Positions 16,541 through 26,139 of a DNA stretch of 46,001 nt are shown here, piece by piece. Position numbers and translations under genes: made by a program. How positions within the stretch are numbered: the stretch's first letter is position 1; each line of letters begins with the position of its first letter. Under the pieces are notes generated by a model. It searched no databases. It was not told the DNA's origin and saw only the letters and a list, made by a program, of their open reading frames with translations. Origin of the DNA: an uncultured Rickettsiales bacterium (GTDB taxonomy: Bacteria; Pseudomonadota; Alphaproteobacteria; Rickettsiales; SXRF01); contig CAYPEF010000004.1 of the NCBI GenBank assembly GCA_964409675.1, positions 1 to 46,001 of the forward strand. Direction: 5' to 3'.

Positions 16541-17392
16541 CTAACGCCCGCGCTCGCGCTGCTGTTCGGCGGCGGCGGCTTCCGTAAACCGCCCGGCGAG
16601 GTTAATCCCCTGCGCCGCCATCTTTTTTACCGTCTCCTTGCCCTGCTCGTAAATGCCGAGCTGGGCGGTGACGTATTGCATATGCGCCGTCTCCACCCCG
16701 GCGATGGCGCGGTCGATGCCGGTAATCTGCGCTTTCAGCCGGTTAATGCCCTGGGCCATCAGCGAGGCGCGTTTGTAATTCTGCTTTTGCAGCAGGCTGT
16801 TGGCTACCTGCTCGGCTTCGATGCTCTCGCAATGCGCCATGGCGGTGCGCACCGCCTGCTCGCTGCCCTTGCCAAGGCCCAGTTGCTCCAGCGCATGCAG
16901 CACATCATTCACCTGCTGCACCTGCTCGTCCATCTCCTCCACCCGGTCGCGCCAGTCGCGGTCGGCCAGCGGCTTGAACAGGGCCACGAACAGCAGCGCG
17001 TAATTGCCGTATAATTCACCCAGCCGCTGCTTTTCCACGCGGGCGGCTTTCTTTGCCGCGCCCCTTGCAGCATCGGCGGCGGGCACCACCTGCGTGGAGG
17101 GCGAGAGATGCTGATGGTGCGGATTGAGCGGGCTCAGCGGCATGGCGGAGAGATAGCGCAAGGCGCTCACATCATAGGCTAAAAACTCGATGCTCAAGCG
17201 CCCGCCCGCCTCGCGGTGGCGATTCCCCCCTTGCGTCAGCGCCCGCACCGCATCGTGGAAATATTCGATGCGCGGACGGAAATCGCCATTGCCGACCATC
17301 AATGCCAGCGGCAGCTCCAGCGCGCGGATTTCCTCGCACAGCCGGGCCAGCATATCGACAATTCCCTGTTGCTCCCGCGCCGCCTTATCCAT
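16541..17392 (-). CDS. hypothetical protein (helical, Gln/Ala-rich C-terminus)
   Basis: Long ORF divergent from hemW. Start trimmed to MDKAAREQQ to avoid overlapping the hemW start. No recognisable motif. Confidence 0.5.
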   Translation of the reverse strand: MDKAAREQQGIVDMLARLCEEIRALELPLALMVGNGDFRPRIEYFHDAVRALTQGGNRHREAGGRLSIEFLAYDVSALRYLSAMPLSPLNPHHQHLSPSTQVVPAADAARGAAKKAARVEKQRLGELYGNYALLFVALFKPLADRDWRDRVEEMDEQVQQVNDVLHALEQLGLGKGSEQAVRTAMAHCESIEAEQVANSLLQKQNYKRASLMAQGINRLKAQITGIDRAIAGVETAHMQYVTAQLGIYEQGKETVKKMAAQGINLAGRFTEAAAAEQQRERGR

Positions 17393-17450
17393 AGACTCCA
17401 CAAATGATTGTTCATTTTCATCACCATAGCATAGTTTTTTGCAATTAACC

Positions 17451-18581
17451 ATGCGCGAACCGCTCGCCCTTTATATCCACTGGCCCTTCTGCAAGTCCAA
17501 ATGCCCGTATTGCGACTTCAACAGCCACGTGCGCGAAAAAGTGGAGCAGGACCAGTGGAAAAGCGCATTATTGCAGGAGCTTGCATGGTTCGCCGCCGCC
17601 ACCGGCGGCAGACCGCTTCGCAGCATTTTCTTCGGCGGCGGCACCCCCTCGCTGATGCCGCCCGATACCGCCGCCGCGCTGATTGAAGCGGCAAAAACAT
17701 ACTGGCAGGCAGAAGACGATCTCGAAATCACCCTGGAAGCCAACCCCACCTCCGCCGAATCCGCCGCGCTCATAGCCTTCCGGCAGGCGGGCATCAACCG
17801 GGTTTCGCTCGGCGTGCAGGCGCTGAACGAGGAAGATCTGCGCTTCCTTGGCCGCCAGCACTCCCCATGCGAAGCACTCGCCGCCGTGGAGTTGGCGGCA
17901 GCGCATTTCCCGCGCTATTCCTTCGACCTGATCTACGCCCGCCCCGGCCAGTCCGCCCGCGCCTGGGAGGCGGAGCTGCGCGAAGCCCTCACCCATGCGC
18001 GCGGCCATCTCTCCCTCTACCAGCTCACCATCGAGGAAAACACCGCCTTCCACCATGCTTACCACCAAAAAAAAGCTTTCGCCCTGCCGGTGGAAGATGA
18101 CGCCGCCGATTTATATGCGCTGACGCAGGACATTATGGAAGACGCCGGAATGCCCGCCTATGAAGTCTCCAACCACGCAATTCCCGGGCAGGAAAGCCGC
18201 CACAACCTCGCCTACTGGACCGGCCTCGACTATATCGGCATCGGCCCCGGCGCGCACGGGCGCATCACTCATGATAAGAAGCGCACCGCCACGCAAACCC
18301 TCAAAAGCCCCGAACGCTGGCTGGAGAGCGTGCAGGCACACGGCCACGGGCTGGAATCCGAACTGTCGCTCTCGGAACAGGAGCGCACCGAGGAATGGCT
18401 GATGATGCGGCTGCGCCTGACCGGCGCGATTCCGCTATCCAGCCTTCCTTCCGGCGTGCATTGCGGCAAATTGCCGCTACTGCATGAACAAGGACTGATT
18501 GAGCTTGCGCAAGACCATTTCCGCATCACCCGCGAGGGACGCATGGTGCTGACGGCTCTGACAGGGGAAATGCTGCAATAA
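17451..18581 (+). CDS. hemW: radical SAM family heme chaperone HemW
   Basis: LYIHWPFCKSKCPYCDF (CxxxCxxC) and HemN-like C-terminal region. Confidence 0.88.
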   Translation: MREPLALYIHWPFCKSKCPYCDFNSHVREKVEQDQWKSALLQELAWFAAATGGRPLRSIFFGGGTPSLMPPDTAAALIEAAKTYWQAEDDLEITLEANPTSAESAALIAFRQAGINRVSLGVQALNEEDLRFLGRQHSPCEALAAVELAAAHFPRYSFDLIYARPGQSARAWEAELREALTHARGHLSLYQLTIEENTAFHHAYHQKKAFALPVEDDAADLYALTQDIMEDAGMPAYEVSNHAIPGQESRHNLAYWTGLDYIGIGPGAHGRITHDKKRTATQTLKSPERWLESVQAHGHGLESELSLSEQERTEEWLMMRLRLTGAIPLSSLPSGVHCGKLPLLHEQGLIELAQDHFRITREGRMVLTALTGEMLQ

Positions 18582-18588
18582 TCTTCCT

Positions 18589-18614
18589 GTCATACCGTCC
18601 TGTGCCGGTATGAC
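18589..18614. terminator. hairpin GTCATACCG-n8-CGGTATGAC between convergent hemW and the lpoA-like gene
   Basis: Perfect 9-bp inverted repeat. Member of the GTCAT..CCGG hairpin family. Confidence 0.45.
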
Positions 18615-18619
18615 GAAAG

Positions 18620-19846
18620 CTATTTGTCCGGCAATATCCTTGGCGCCGGGTCCAGCACTCTCGCTCCCACAGGCGATACTTCCATCACCGCTAGTGAACG
18701 CTCGGTGACGCCGTCTTCGCGCATGCGGTAGGTGCCGTTGGCGGGGCCTTGCAGGTTGGTGGAGCGCGTGAAGGAGGACGGGCTGAAATCGGCGCGTCCC
18801 GAGGCCTGCGCCATTTCCACCGCCAGCGTCACCGCGTCATAGGCTAAACTCCCTAATCGCTTGGGTTTATAACCGTAAGCAGCGGTGAAGCGGCGCTCGA
18901 ACTTGTCATACTGCGCGGGCGAGGCGCTGGCGAACCAGCCGCCGCGCAGCTCCGGCAGCTTGCCGACACCATCTTCATCCCATAAGCCGGTGCCAAGCAG
19001 CTGGTACTGCGCGCGGTCCAGCCCCTTGGCCTGAAGATCGTCCACCAGCATCTTCGCCTGCTCCGCGCCTTCGGCCACGAACAGCGCCTTGAAGGGCTTG
19101 GTTGCCGCCTGCTGGCTCACCCGCTCGCTAGCGGCCAGCATATTGGAGGGTGTTTTCGCGTAATGCTCATCCACCGCCAGCGCGCCGCCGCGCGTAGTCA
19201 CCGCCTTCTGCAGCGCTTCCGTCACTGTAACGCCGTATGGATCGTTTGGGGTAATGGACGCATAGCTCATGATCTGCCTTCCGGCTGCGTAATCGGCCAC
19301 GCGCTTCACCTGCTCCTCCGGCAGGAAGCCGTACACGAAGACGCCGTTTCCGGCCACGGCGCGGTTGTTGGAGAGCGCAATCACCGTCACGCGCCGCGCT
19401 TGCGCCACCGGCGCAACCGCACTGACCGACTGGCTATAGAGCGGCCCAATAATCAATTCCGCTCCCTGGTCCAGCGCCTGCTTCGCCACTTCCGCGGCGA
19501 TGGTCGGCGAGCTGCCGGTATCCTTGGGAATCAGCACAATCTTCGCCTTCACCTGATCCGGCGGCAGGCTGACGTAACTGTCATACAGCGCCAGCTGCGC
19601 CGCATCCATCAGCGTGCTGCCGAGCGCCTGCCCGTCGCCACTTAGGGGCAACAGCAAGGCAATTTTCACCGTCGGCACATTGGCCGGAATCGCCGGTTCC
19701 GGGCGCGGCATGGGCATGGAGGCCGCCGGTTTCGGCAGCGGCCCCGGCTGTTGCTGCACCGGCTTGCGCGCGGCGGGCGGCTGCTGCACGCAGGCGCTGA
19801 CGGCCAGCACGGCAAGAAGAGAGAAAACGGGCGAAAAAGGTTTCAT
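18620..19846 (-). CDS. lipoprotein with periplasmic-binding-protein type 1 fold (penicillin-binding protein activator LpoA-like)
   Basis: Lipoprotein signal MKPFSPVFSLLAVLAVSAC. LivK/PBP1-like body. Divergent from rsmI-yraN, as lpoA is in E. coli. ORF trimmed from 20254 to 19846. Confidence 0.75.
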   Translation of the reverse strand: MKPFSPVFSLLAVLAVSACVQQPPAARKPVQQQPGPLPKPAASMPMPRPEPAIPANVPTVKIALLLPLSGDGQALGSTLMDAAQLALYDSYVSLPPDQVKAKIVLIPKDTGSSPTIAAEVAKQALDQGAELIIGPLYSQSVSAVAPVAQARRVTVIALSNNRAVAGNGVFVYGFLPEEQVKRVADYAAGRQIMSYASITPNDPYGVTVTEALQKAVTTRGGALAVDEHYAKTPSNMLAASERVSQQAATKPFKALFVAEGAEQAKMLVDDLQAKGLDRAQYQLLGTGLWDEDGVGKLPELRGGWFASASPAQYDKFERRFTAAYGYKPKRLGSLAYDAVTLAVEMAQASGRADFSPSSFTRSTNLQGPANGTYRMREDGVTERSLAVMEVSPVGARVLDPAPRILPDK

Positions 19847-19909
19847 ACGGGGAGCCTGACGCTTATAGTGATGGCGCGTCTTTAGCACAGCTTTCATCAG
19901 GATGGTATA

Positions 19910-20779
19910 GTGAAACTCAACGCCCAGCCCGAACCCCTGCCGCCGGGCCTCTACATCGTCGCCACGCCGATCGGGAACCTGCGGGACATCTCTGCCCGGG
20001 CGCTGGCCACGCTCGCCTCCGTCGATGTCATCGCCTGCGAGGACACGCGCGTCACCGGCAAGCTGCTGCACCATTACTCCATCGCCACCAAAACTCTCCC
20101 CTACCACGACCACAACGCCGCCCGCACCCGGCCCGAGCTGCTCGCGCGCATCCAATCCGGCGCGCGCATCGCGCTGGTCTCGGACGCCGGTACACCGCTG
20201 ATCTCCGACCCCGGCTACAAGCTGGTGCGCGAAGCGCAGGACATGGGGCTGCATGTAAGCGCCATTCCCGGCCCATCCAGCGTGATGGCGGCGCTCTGCA
20301 TGAGCGGCCTGCCAACCGACCGCTTCCTTTTTCTCGGCTTCCTCCCTACTGCCGCCGCGCAGGCGCGCAGCTTCCTGGAGCCTTACGCATCTGTGCCCGC
20401 CACGCTGGTGATCTTCGAATCCGCCAAGCGCGTCGCCGCCACCCTTTCGCTATTGCACGAACTGCTCGGCGAGCGCGAAGCCTGCCTCACCCGCGAACTC
20501 ACCAAACTCTATGAAGAAGCAAGGCGCGCGCCTCTTGCCGAACTGGCCGCGCATTACGCCGCCGCGCCTGAGCCGAAAGGCGAGGTAGTGCTGGTGATCG
20601 CCCCGCCGCCCCCGCGCGAAATCAGCGATGAAGCGCTGGACACTGCACTGCACAATGCACTGTCGCGCCTTAAGCTGAAAGACGCCGTGGCAGAAGTCGC
20701 CGCCATGCTGGACGTGCCGCGCAACCGCGCCTATGCGCGGGCGCTGGAACTGCGAAAAGAATCCGATGACGACGCATAA
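19910..20779 (+). CDS. rsmI: 16S rRNA (cytidine1402-2'-O)-methyltransferase
   Basis: LYIVATPIGNLRDISARALATLASVDVIACEDTR and a tetrapyrrole-methylase-like fold. Confidence 0.9.
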   Translation: MKLNAQPEPLPPGLYIVATPIGNLRDISARALATLASVDVIACEDTRVTGKLLHHYSIATKTLPYHDHNAARTRPELLARIQSGARIALVSDAGTPLISDPGYKLVREAQDMGLHVSAIPGPSSVMAALCMSGLPTDRFLFLGFLPTAAAQARSFLEPYASVPATLVIFESAKRVAATLSLLHELLGEREACLTRELTKLYEEARRAPLAELAAHYAAAPEPKGEVVLVIAPPPPREISDEALDTALHNALSRLKLKDAVAEVAAMLDVPRNRAYARALELRKESDDDA

Positions 20780-21146
20780 GCGCCTGCAAGCCTACCATTT
20801 CGGCCTCTCCGCCGAGGAAGCGGCGGCGCGCTGGCTGAAGCTGAAAGGCTACACCATCCTTGCCCGCCGCCTGCGCAACGCCTTCGGCGAGATCGACCTG
20901 CTTGCCATGAAAGGCGACACGCTGGCCATCGTGGAAGTCAAAGCCCGGCGCAGCTTCCGCGACTGCCTGGAAGCGGTGACGCCAATGCAGCAGCAGCGCC
21001 TGATCCGCGCCGCCACCTCGCTCATGGCCTATCCCGGCAAATTCACTGGACGAATCGTGCCCGGGCGCACTAATATCCGCTTCGACCTCGTCATGATCGT
21101 CCCCTGGCGCTTCCCGCGCCATCTGAAGGATGCATGGCGGGAATAG
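20766..21146 (+). CDS. yraN: YraN family endonuclease-like protein (UPF0102)
   Basis: GEIDLLAMKGDTLAIVEVKAR. ATG 20766 overlaps the end of rsmI. Confidence 0.85.
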   Translation: MTTHKRLQAYHFGLSAEEAAARWLKLKGYTILARRLRNAFGEIDLLAMKGDTLAIVEVKARRSFRDCLEAVTPMQQQRLIRAATSLMAYPGKFTGRIVPGRTNIRFDLVMIVPWRFPRHLKDAWRE

Positions 21147-21148
21147 CA

Positions 21149-21177
21149 CTCCCCCTCTCCCTCAAGAGGAGGGGGAG
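21149..21177. repeat. palindrome CTCCCCCTC-n11-GAGGGGGAG immediately after yraN
   Basis: Read directly. Related to the CCCTCTCCC/GGGAGAGGG repeat family. Confidence 0.5.
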
Positions 21178-21215
21178 TTATGCATCGGCCTTGCTTCTGG
21201 AAAGAGTAAATCATC

Positions 21216-21848
21216 ATGCTTGTACTTACTGCCCGCTTCCGCCCCCTGCTCCTCTGCACTGCCCTGCTCGCCGCCTCCACCGCGCTCTCGGGCTGCGCCC
21301 TGCTCGCCTTCGGCGCCGGCGCGGGCACGGTGGCGGTGGTATCGGAGGAGCGCTCCACCGGCGCGATTGTCGATGACAATAAAATCTTCCTGCACCTGAA
21401 ATCGCTCTACGCCAAATCCGAGAATAACGACATGTTCGGCAATGTAAGCGTAAAGGTGAACGAGGGCGTGGTGGTCCTCACCGGCAACGTGGACAAGCCG
21501 GAGACACAGGTGGAGGCCTCCCGCCTCGCCTGGACGGTGCCGGGCGTGAAGGAAGTGCATGACGAGCTGACGGTAAATGACAAATCCAGCTTCTGGAACT
21601 ACTCGCGCGATGTCATCATTAGCAACCAGATCCGCGCCCGCTTGCTCGCCACCAAAGGCATCCGCTCGATAAACTATTCAGTGGTAACGGTAAACCAAGT
21701 GGTCTACCTCACCGGCATCGCCCAGGACCAGGCGGAGCTGGACCGCGTCACATACGTGGCCAGCACCACCAATTACGTGCAGCGCGTCGTCAGCTATGTC
21801 CGCCTGAAGGATGACCCGCGCCGCACCCAGTCCGCCCCCGCCTCTTGA
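21216..21848 (+). CDS. BON-domain lipoprotein (DolP/OsmY-like)
   Basis: Lipobox ALSGC. Two BON-like segments (VSVKVNEGVVVLTGNV, VVTVNQVVYLTGIA). Confidence 0.8.
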   Translation: MLVLTARFRPLLLCTALLAASTALSGCALLAFGAGAGTVAVVSEERSTGAIVDDNKIFLHLKSLYAKSENNDMFGNVSVKVNEGVVVLTGNVDKPETQVEASRLAWTVPGVKEVHDELTVNDKSSFWNYSRDVIISNQIRARLLATKGIRSINYSVVTVNQVVYLTGIAQDQAELDRVTYVASTTNYVQRVVSYVRLKDDPRRTQSAPAS

Positions 21849-21877
21849 AAAAACGCTGATTATCCATACCTATTCAG

Positions 21878-21900
21878 TCATCCCGGCCTGCGCCGGGATG
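21878..21900. repeat. hairpin CATCCCGG-n7-CCGGGATG (GTCAT..CCGG family)
   Basis: Perfect 8-bp inverted repeat between the BON gene and htpX. Confidence 0.6.
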
Positions 21901-21916
21901 GCAAAAGGAGGCATGC

Positions 21917-22816
21917 ATGCTCAAAACCGGTTTATTGCTCGCGGCGATCACCGCGCTGTTTTTAACCGTTGGCTATATGCTTGGCGGCGAAGGCGGGATG
22001 ATGTTCGCGTTCCTCTTCGCGCTTGCCACCAATTTCATCAGCTACTGGTTCTCCGACAAAATCGTGCTCAGCATGTACCGCGCGCAGCCGATCGGCCCAC
22101 AGGATAATCCGGAAATTTACAGTATCATTGAACGCTTAAGCCGAAACGCGGGCATCCCGATGCCCAAAGCCTACCTGATCGATTCTGACCAGCCCAACGC
22201 CTTCGCCACCGGTCGCTCACCCGCGCACGGGGCGGTTGCCGTTACGTCCGGGCTGCTGCGCATGCTCACGCGCGATGAAATCGCCGCCGTAATTGCGCAT
22301 GAACTGGCGCATATCAAGAACCGCGATACGCTGATCATGACCGTTACTGCCACCATCGCCGGGGCCATCGGCTCACTGGCGCATCTCGCTTTTTTCTTCG
22401 GAGGTTCGCAGCGTGATGGCGAACGCAGCCTCGGCCCGATTGGCGGGCTGATCGTCGCGCTCTTGGCTCCCTTCATGGCCATGCTGGTGCAACTGGCCAT
22501 TTCGCGCACCCGCGAATATGGCGCGGATGAAACCGGGGCCGGTATCGCCAGCGATCCGGCAAGCCTGGCATCGGCGCTTCGCAAAATCAGCGCAGGCGCG
22601 GAGCGCATCCCTAATTACGCGGCAGAATCCCACCCCGGCACGGCACACTTGTTTATCATGAACCCTCTGCATGGAAGTGGCATGGATAACCTATTCTCCA
22701 CCCACCCCAACCCGGAAAACCGCATCCGCCGCCTGGAGGAACTGGCAGCGCAGACGCCGCGCGGCATTATTACACCCCAACCGCATGTGCAGCGCCGGGG
22801 AAGCTTTAATTTCTAA
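21917..22816 (+). CDS. htpX: M48 zinc metalloprotease HtpX
   Basis: HELAHIKNRD zinc motif, four TM segments, C-terminal NPLHG..FSTHP. Confidence 0.92.
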   Translation: MLKTGLLLAAITALFLTVGYMLGGEGGMMFAFLFALATNFISYWFSDKIVLSMYRAQPIGPQDNPEIYSIIERLSRNAGIPMPKAYLIDSDQPNAFATGRSPAHGAVAVTSGLLRMLTRDEIAAVIAHELAHIKNRDTLIMTVTATIAGAIGSLAHLAFFFGGSQRDGERSLGPIGGLIVALLAPFMAMLVQLAISRTREYGADETGAGIASDPASLASALRKISAGAERIPNYAAESHPGTAHLFIMNPLHGSGMDNLFSTHPNPENRIRRLEELAAQTPRGIITPQPHVQRRGSFNF

Positions 22817-22830
22817 CGCATTTACTATTG

Positions 22831-22865
22831 TACCCGGTCCGCCCCTAGGCGCAGCCGGGGATGAC
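22831..22865. repeat. hairpin-family copy (reverse complement GTCATCCCCGGCTGCGCC...)
   Basis: Sits between convergent htpX and the lipoprotein gene. Shares the GTCATCCC-CGG core with the other copies. Confidence 0.45.
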
Positions 22866-22878
22866 GGAGATTATATCA

Positions 22879-23232
22879 TCACCAGGGCGCTTTTTCGTTT
22901 GCCCACACATCCGCCTGACCCCAGCCGAATTCACCGCGGTCGGCATTGCTGGAGGCCAGCGAGAAACGACAATAGGAAAATCCTTCGTTCCAGCCCTGCT
23001 TATACTGATCGTTCGCACTCATTTCAGGACGTTTTTTAAAGCCGTACATGGCCTTGTACGACCAGTCGCCTTCCGCCGATAGGCCGCTGTCGCATCCGTC
23101 TTCCCAGCCGAGCTTATATTCCGGCGTGCCGGGCGGATCGACGCCGAGCAGGGTTGCCGGACGGCACCCTGGCAGCAGGCCGGCAAGAAGCAGCAGGAGG
23201 CAGATTTTCGGATGTTTTTGAAAGCAGGTCAT
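22879..23232 (-). CDS. small lipoprotein, unknown function
   Basis: Signal/lipobox LLLLLAGLLPGC. Internal repeat GWEDGCDSG / GWNEGFSYC. Confidence 0.65.
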   Translation of the reverse strand: MTCFQKHPKICLLLLLAGLLPGCRPATLLGVDPPGTPEYKLGWEDGCDSGLSAEGDWSYKAMYGFKKRPEMSANDQYKQGWNEGFSYCRFSLASSNADRGEFGWGQADVWANEKAPW

Positions 23233-23388
23233 GGATTATCTTACCGTTTTTCCTGACAGAAGTCAAAATTCCACGTAAATACAAGATTTTTTACCGGCGT
23301 CATTCATTCATTTTCCGGCATAGCGGTTGATTATACAGCATAACTTTCGTATAGTGGCTTTATTTATTAATAAATTATCCCAGCTTCA

Positions 23389-23679
23389 ATGTTCCTGCGC
23401 CTACCGCTTCACGCCTTTTACCTCGCCCTGCTGGCCTTTGCCCTGCCCGATCTGGCTTATGCCCTGAGTTCGTTTGACCAGAGCTTCTGCCGCATCGCCA
23501 GCATTTTCCAGACCACGTCGGAAATCCTCGGCATTATCGGGCTCTGCACCTTCGGCATCATGCTGCTGCTGGGAAAAGGCACCTGGGGCACGGCCCTACT
23601 GCATGGGGTGGCGGGGGCCATTTTCCTCGGGGCTGGGGAAATCGCCGGGCTGCTCGGCGCTGGCGGCACCTGCCCGTAG
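23389..23679 (+). CDS. TrbC/VirB2-like type IV secretion pilin (orphan)
   Basis: Signal peptide, then SFCRIASIF..ILGIIGLCTFGIMLLLGKG..ALLHGVAGAIFLGAGEIAGLLGAGG. This mirrors the two-helix, Gly-rich layout of VirB2 as I recall it. Confidence 0.55.
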   Translation: MFLRLPLHAFYLALLAFALPDLAYALSSFDQSFCRIASIFQTTSEILGIIGLCTFGIMLLLGKGTWGTALLHGVAGAIFLGAGEIAGLLGAGGTCP

Positions 23680-23680
23680 A

Positions 23681-24037
23681 TTACGGCAGCAATCCGCCCA
23701 AGGCCCGCCCGCCAAGAATATGGACGTGGAAATGGTGCACCGTCTGCGAAGCATCCGGCCCGAAATTACTGATAATCCGATAGCCGCCCTCGGCTAATCC
23801 CAGTTTCTGCGCCACCGTCCGGACCGAGGCAAAGAACCCCTGCATCTCCTGCGCCGACGCACGCGCGGCGAAATCGTCGAACGAGGCATATGCACCTTTG
23901 GGCACCACCAGCACATGCACCGGCGCGGCAGGCGCGATATCCTCGAACGCCAGCGCATGCTCGTCTTCATACACCTGCTTGCAGGGAATCTCACCGCGCA
24001 GGATACGCGCGAAGATATTTTGCGGATCATAAGCCAT
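23681..24037 (-). CDS. HIT family (histidine triad) protein
   Basis: HFHVHILGG triad. Start trimmed to MAYDPQNIF. Confidence 0.9.
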   Translation of the reverse strand: MAYDPQNIFARILRGEIPCKQVYEDEHALAFEDIAPAAPVHVLVVPKGAYASFDDFAARASAQEMQGFFASVRTVAQKLGLAEGGYRIISNFGPDASQTVHHFHVHILGGRALGGLLP

Positions 24038-24111
24038 ACTGCACTCCAGCGTCATTAACCCTGCTTCATTCTAGCCGCACACCGCATAATCATGCGATGC
24101 GTTTATCATGC

Positions 24112-24441
24112 CTACGGCTTCTCCCGGCTGGCTTTTTCCATCAGCCCCGAAATGCCCTCGCGGCGCTGCATCTCCTGCATTACCTCATCCGGCGCAATTC
24201 CGGCTTCGGCCAGCAGGATCAGCCAGTGAAACAATAAATCAGCGCTTTCCTTCACAATCTCCAGCCGGTCGTCACGTAAAGAGGCAATTACCACCTCCAC
24301 CGCCTCCTCGCCCACTTTCTGGGCAATCTTCGGCGTGCCTTTCACAAACAGCCGCGCCACGTAGGATTCCTCTACGCTGACATTGCGCCGCTCCTGCACC
24401 ACCCGGTAAACATGGTTCAAATACCCCGCATCCGCATTCAT
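24112..24441 (-). CDS. hisE: phosphoribosyl-ATP pyrophosphatase
   Basis: ESYVARLFVKGTPKIAQKVGEEAVEVV. Start uncertain (ATG 24441, 24468 or 24507). Confidence 0.85.
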   Translation of the reverse strand: MNADAGYLNHVYRVVQERRNVSVEESYVARLFVKGTPKIAQKVGEEAVEVVIASLRDDRLEIVKESADLLFHWLILLAEAGIAPDEVMQEMQRREGISGLMEKASREKP

Positions 24442-24552
24442 TCGCTCGCCTTTCGCTATGCCTGTCATGTTGAACGCATGTAAGAAATCTTTATCCGTAC
24501 CCAGCACATAAGAAAAGAAAGATTCCTCGCATGCGCTCGCAATGGCAGCGCG

Positions 24553-25308
24553 CTACATCCTAACCGGCACGCCCGCCTCCCGCATCGCCCGCTTCACCTG
24601 CGCGATGCTGAATGTACCGAAATGAAACACCGACGCCGCCAGCACCGCGCTGGCATGGCCCTGCGTCACCGCCTGCGGAAAATGCGCCAGCTCCCCGATG
24701 CCGCCCGAGGCAATCACCGGAATCCGCACCGCATCCGCCACCGCGCGCGTCAGTGCCACATCCACCCCCTGCTTGGTGCCGTCGCGGTCCATGGAGGTAA
24801 GCAATATCTCCCCCGCCCCGCATTCTTCCATCCGCTTCGCCCACGCAACCGCATTCAGCCCGGTGGCATTGCGCCCGCCATGCGTGAAGACTTCAAATCC
24901 GCTATCACTTTTGCGCGCATCAATCGCCACCACGATGCACTGGCTGCCGAATTTCTCCGCCGCCTCGCGCACGAATTCCGGCCGCTTCACCGCCTCGGTA
25001 TTGATCGACACCTTATCCGCCCCCGCCAGCAGCAACTTGCGGATATCCTCAAGGCTGCGCACCCCGCCGCCGACGGTCAGCGGCATGAAGCACGCCTCCG
25101 CCACGCGCGAGATCACGTCATAAATAATCGCCCGGTTATCCGAAGACGCCGTAATATCCAGAAAACACAACTCATCCGCCCCTTGCGCATCATATGCCTT
25201 CGCGCACTCCACCGGGTCCCCGGCATCCACCAGATCGAGAAACTGCACCCCCTTGACCACGCGGCCATCTTTGACGTCAAGGCAGGGAATGATACGGGTT
25301 TTGAGCAT
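24553..25308 (-). CDS. hisF: imidazole glycerol phosphate synthase cyclase subunit
   Basis: [16 protein letters not shown]..., [17 protein letters not shown]. Confidence 0.95.
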   Translation of the reverse strand: MLKTRIIPCLDVKDGRVVKGVQFLDLVDAGDPVECAKAYDAQGADELCFLDITASSDNRAIIYDVISRVAEACFMPLTVGGGVRSLEDIRKLLLAGADKVSINTEAVKRPEFVREAAEKFGSQCIVVAIDARKSDSGFEVFTHGGRNATGLNAVAWAKRMEECGAGEILLTSMDRDGTKQGVDVALTRAVADAVRIPVIASGGIGELAHFPQAVTQGHASAVLAASVFHFGTFSIAQVKRAMREAGVPVRM

Positions 25309-25309
25309 A

Positions 25310-26026
25310 TCAGAGCTTCAGTACTTCATCGGGCTTAATCGCCCCCTCATACAGCGCCCGCCCAATCACCACGCCCTGAATCCCGTAATCCTCATACTGC
25401 TTATACGCTGCGATATCCTCCGCCTTCGAAATCCCTCCCGAAGCAATCACCGGCGTGGAGAGCGCCTCGGCCAGCGCCACGGTTTCTTCGATGTTGGGCC
25501 CCTCCATCGCCCCGTCGCGGCTGATGTCGGTGTAGATGATGGCGCAAACGCCGCAATCTTCGAATTTGAGCGCGAGGTCAATCGCCTTCTGCTCCGTCAC
25601 CTCCGCCCAGCCGTTCAAGGCCACCTTGCCGTGCATGGCGTCGATGCCCACGGCCACCTGGTCCGGGTAGCGGCGACAGGCTTCCTTCACCAGCAGCGGG
25701 TTTTTCTGCGCGACCGTTCCCAGAATCACGCGGCTCACGCCCGCATCCAGCCATTTGCCGATCACGTCCATGTTGCGTAATCCCCCGCCCAGTTGCACCG
25801 GCATCTTCACGCGAGAGAGAATGGCTTTCACCGCCTGCTCATTGGCGGGCTTGCCCTGGAACGCACCATCCAGATCCACCAGGTGCAGCCACTCGAAGCC
25901 CGATTGCTCAAAGGCTTCCGCCTGATCGGCGGGGGAATCGGAAAATACCGTGGCTTTATCCATGTCGCCACGCAGCAAGCGCACGCAGCGTCCTTCTTTC
26001 AAATCAATCGCGGGGTAGAGAATCAT
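25310..26026 (-). CDS. hisA: ProFAR isomerase
   Basis: [23 protein letters not shown]. Start trimmed from 26068. Confidence 0.93.
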   Translation of the reverse strand: MILYPAIDLKEGRCVRLLRGDMDKATVFSDSPADQAEAFEQSGFEWLHLVDLDGAFQGKPANEQAVKAILSRVKMPVQLGGGLRNMDVIGKWLDAGVSRVILGTVAQKNPLLVKEACRRYPDQVAVGIDAMHGKVALNGWAEVTEQKAIDLALKFEDCGVCAIIYTDISRDGAMEGPNIEETVALAEALSTPVIASGGISKAEDIAAYKQYEDYGIQGVVIGRALYEGAIKPDEVLKL

Positions 26027-26102
26027 GCTATCCTTGTCATCCCCAAGCCTGACCCGGGGACTCATCATTATTAAAAAAGTACATTAACTCTATTTTCGAT
26101 GG

Positions 26103-26125
26103 ATTCCCGGGTCAAGCCCGGGAAT
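26103..26125. repeat. hairpin ATTCCCGGG-n5-CCCGGGAAT(GAC) (GTCAT..CCGG family)
   Basis: Perfect 9-bp inverted repeat between hisA and the GNAT gene. Confidence 0.6.
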
Positions 26126-26139
26126 GACAAAATAAATAA

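Noticed and set aside
19847-20254. N-terminal 136 codons of the 544-aa ORF
   Set aside because: This is Arg/Gly/Asp-rich low-complexity sequence that overlaps rsmI on the other strand. A canonical lipoprotein signal starts at Met 137 (ATG 19846).
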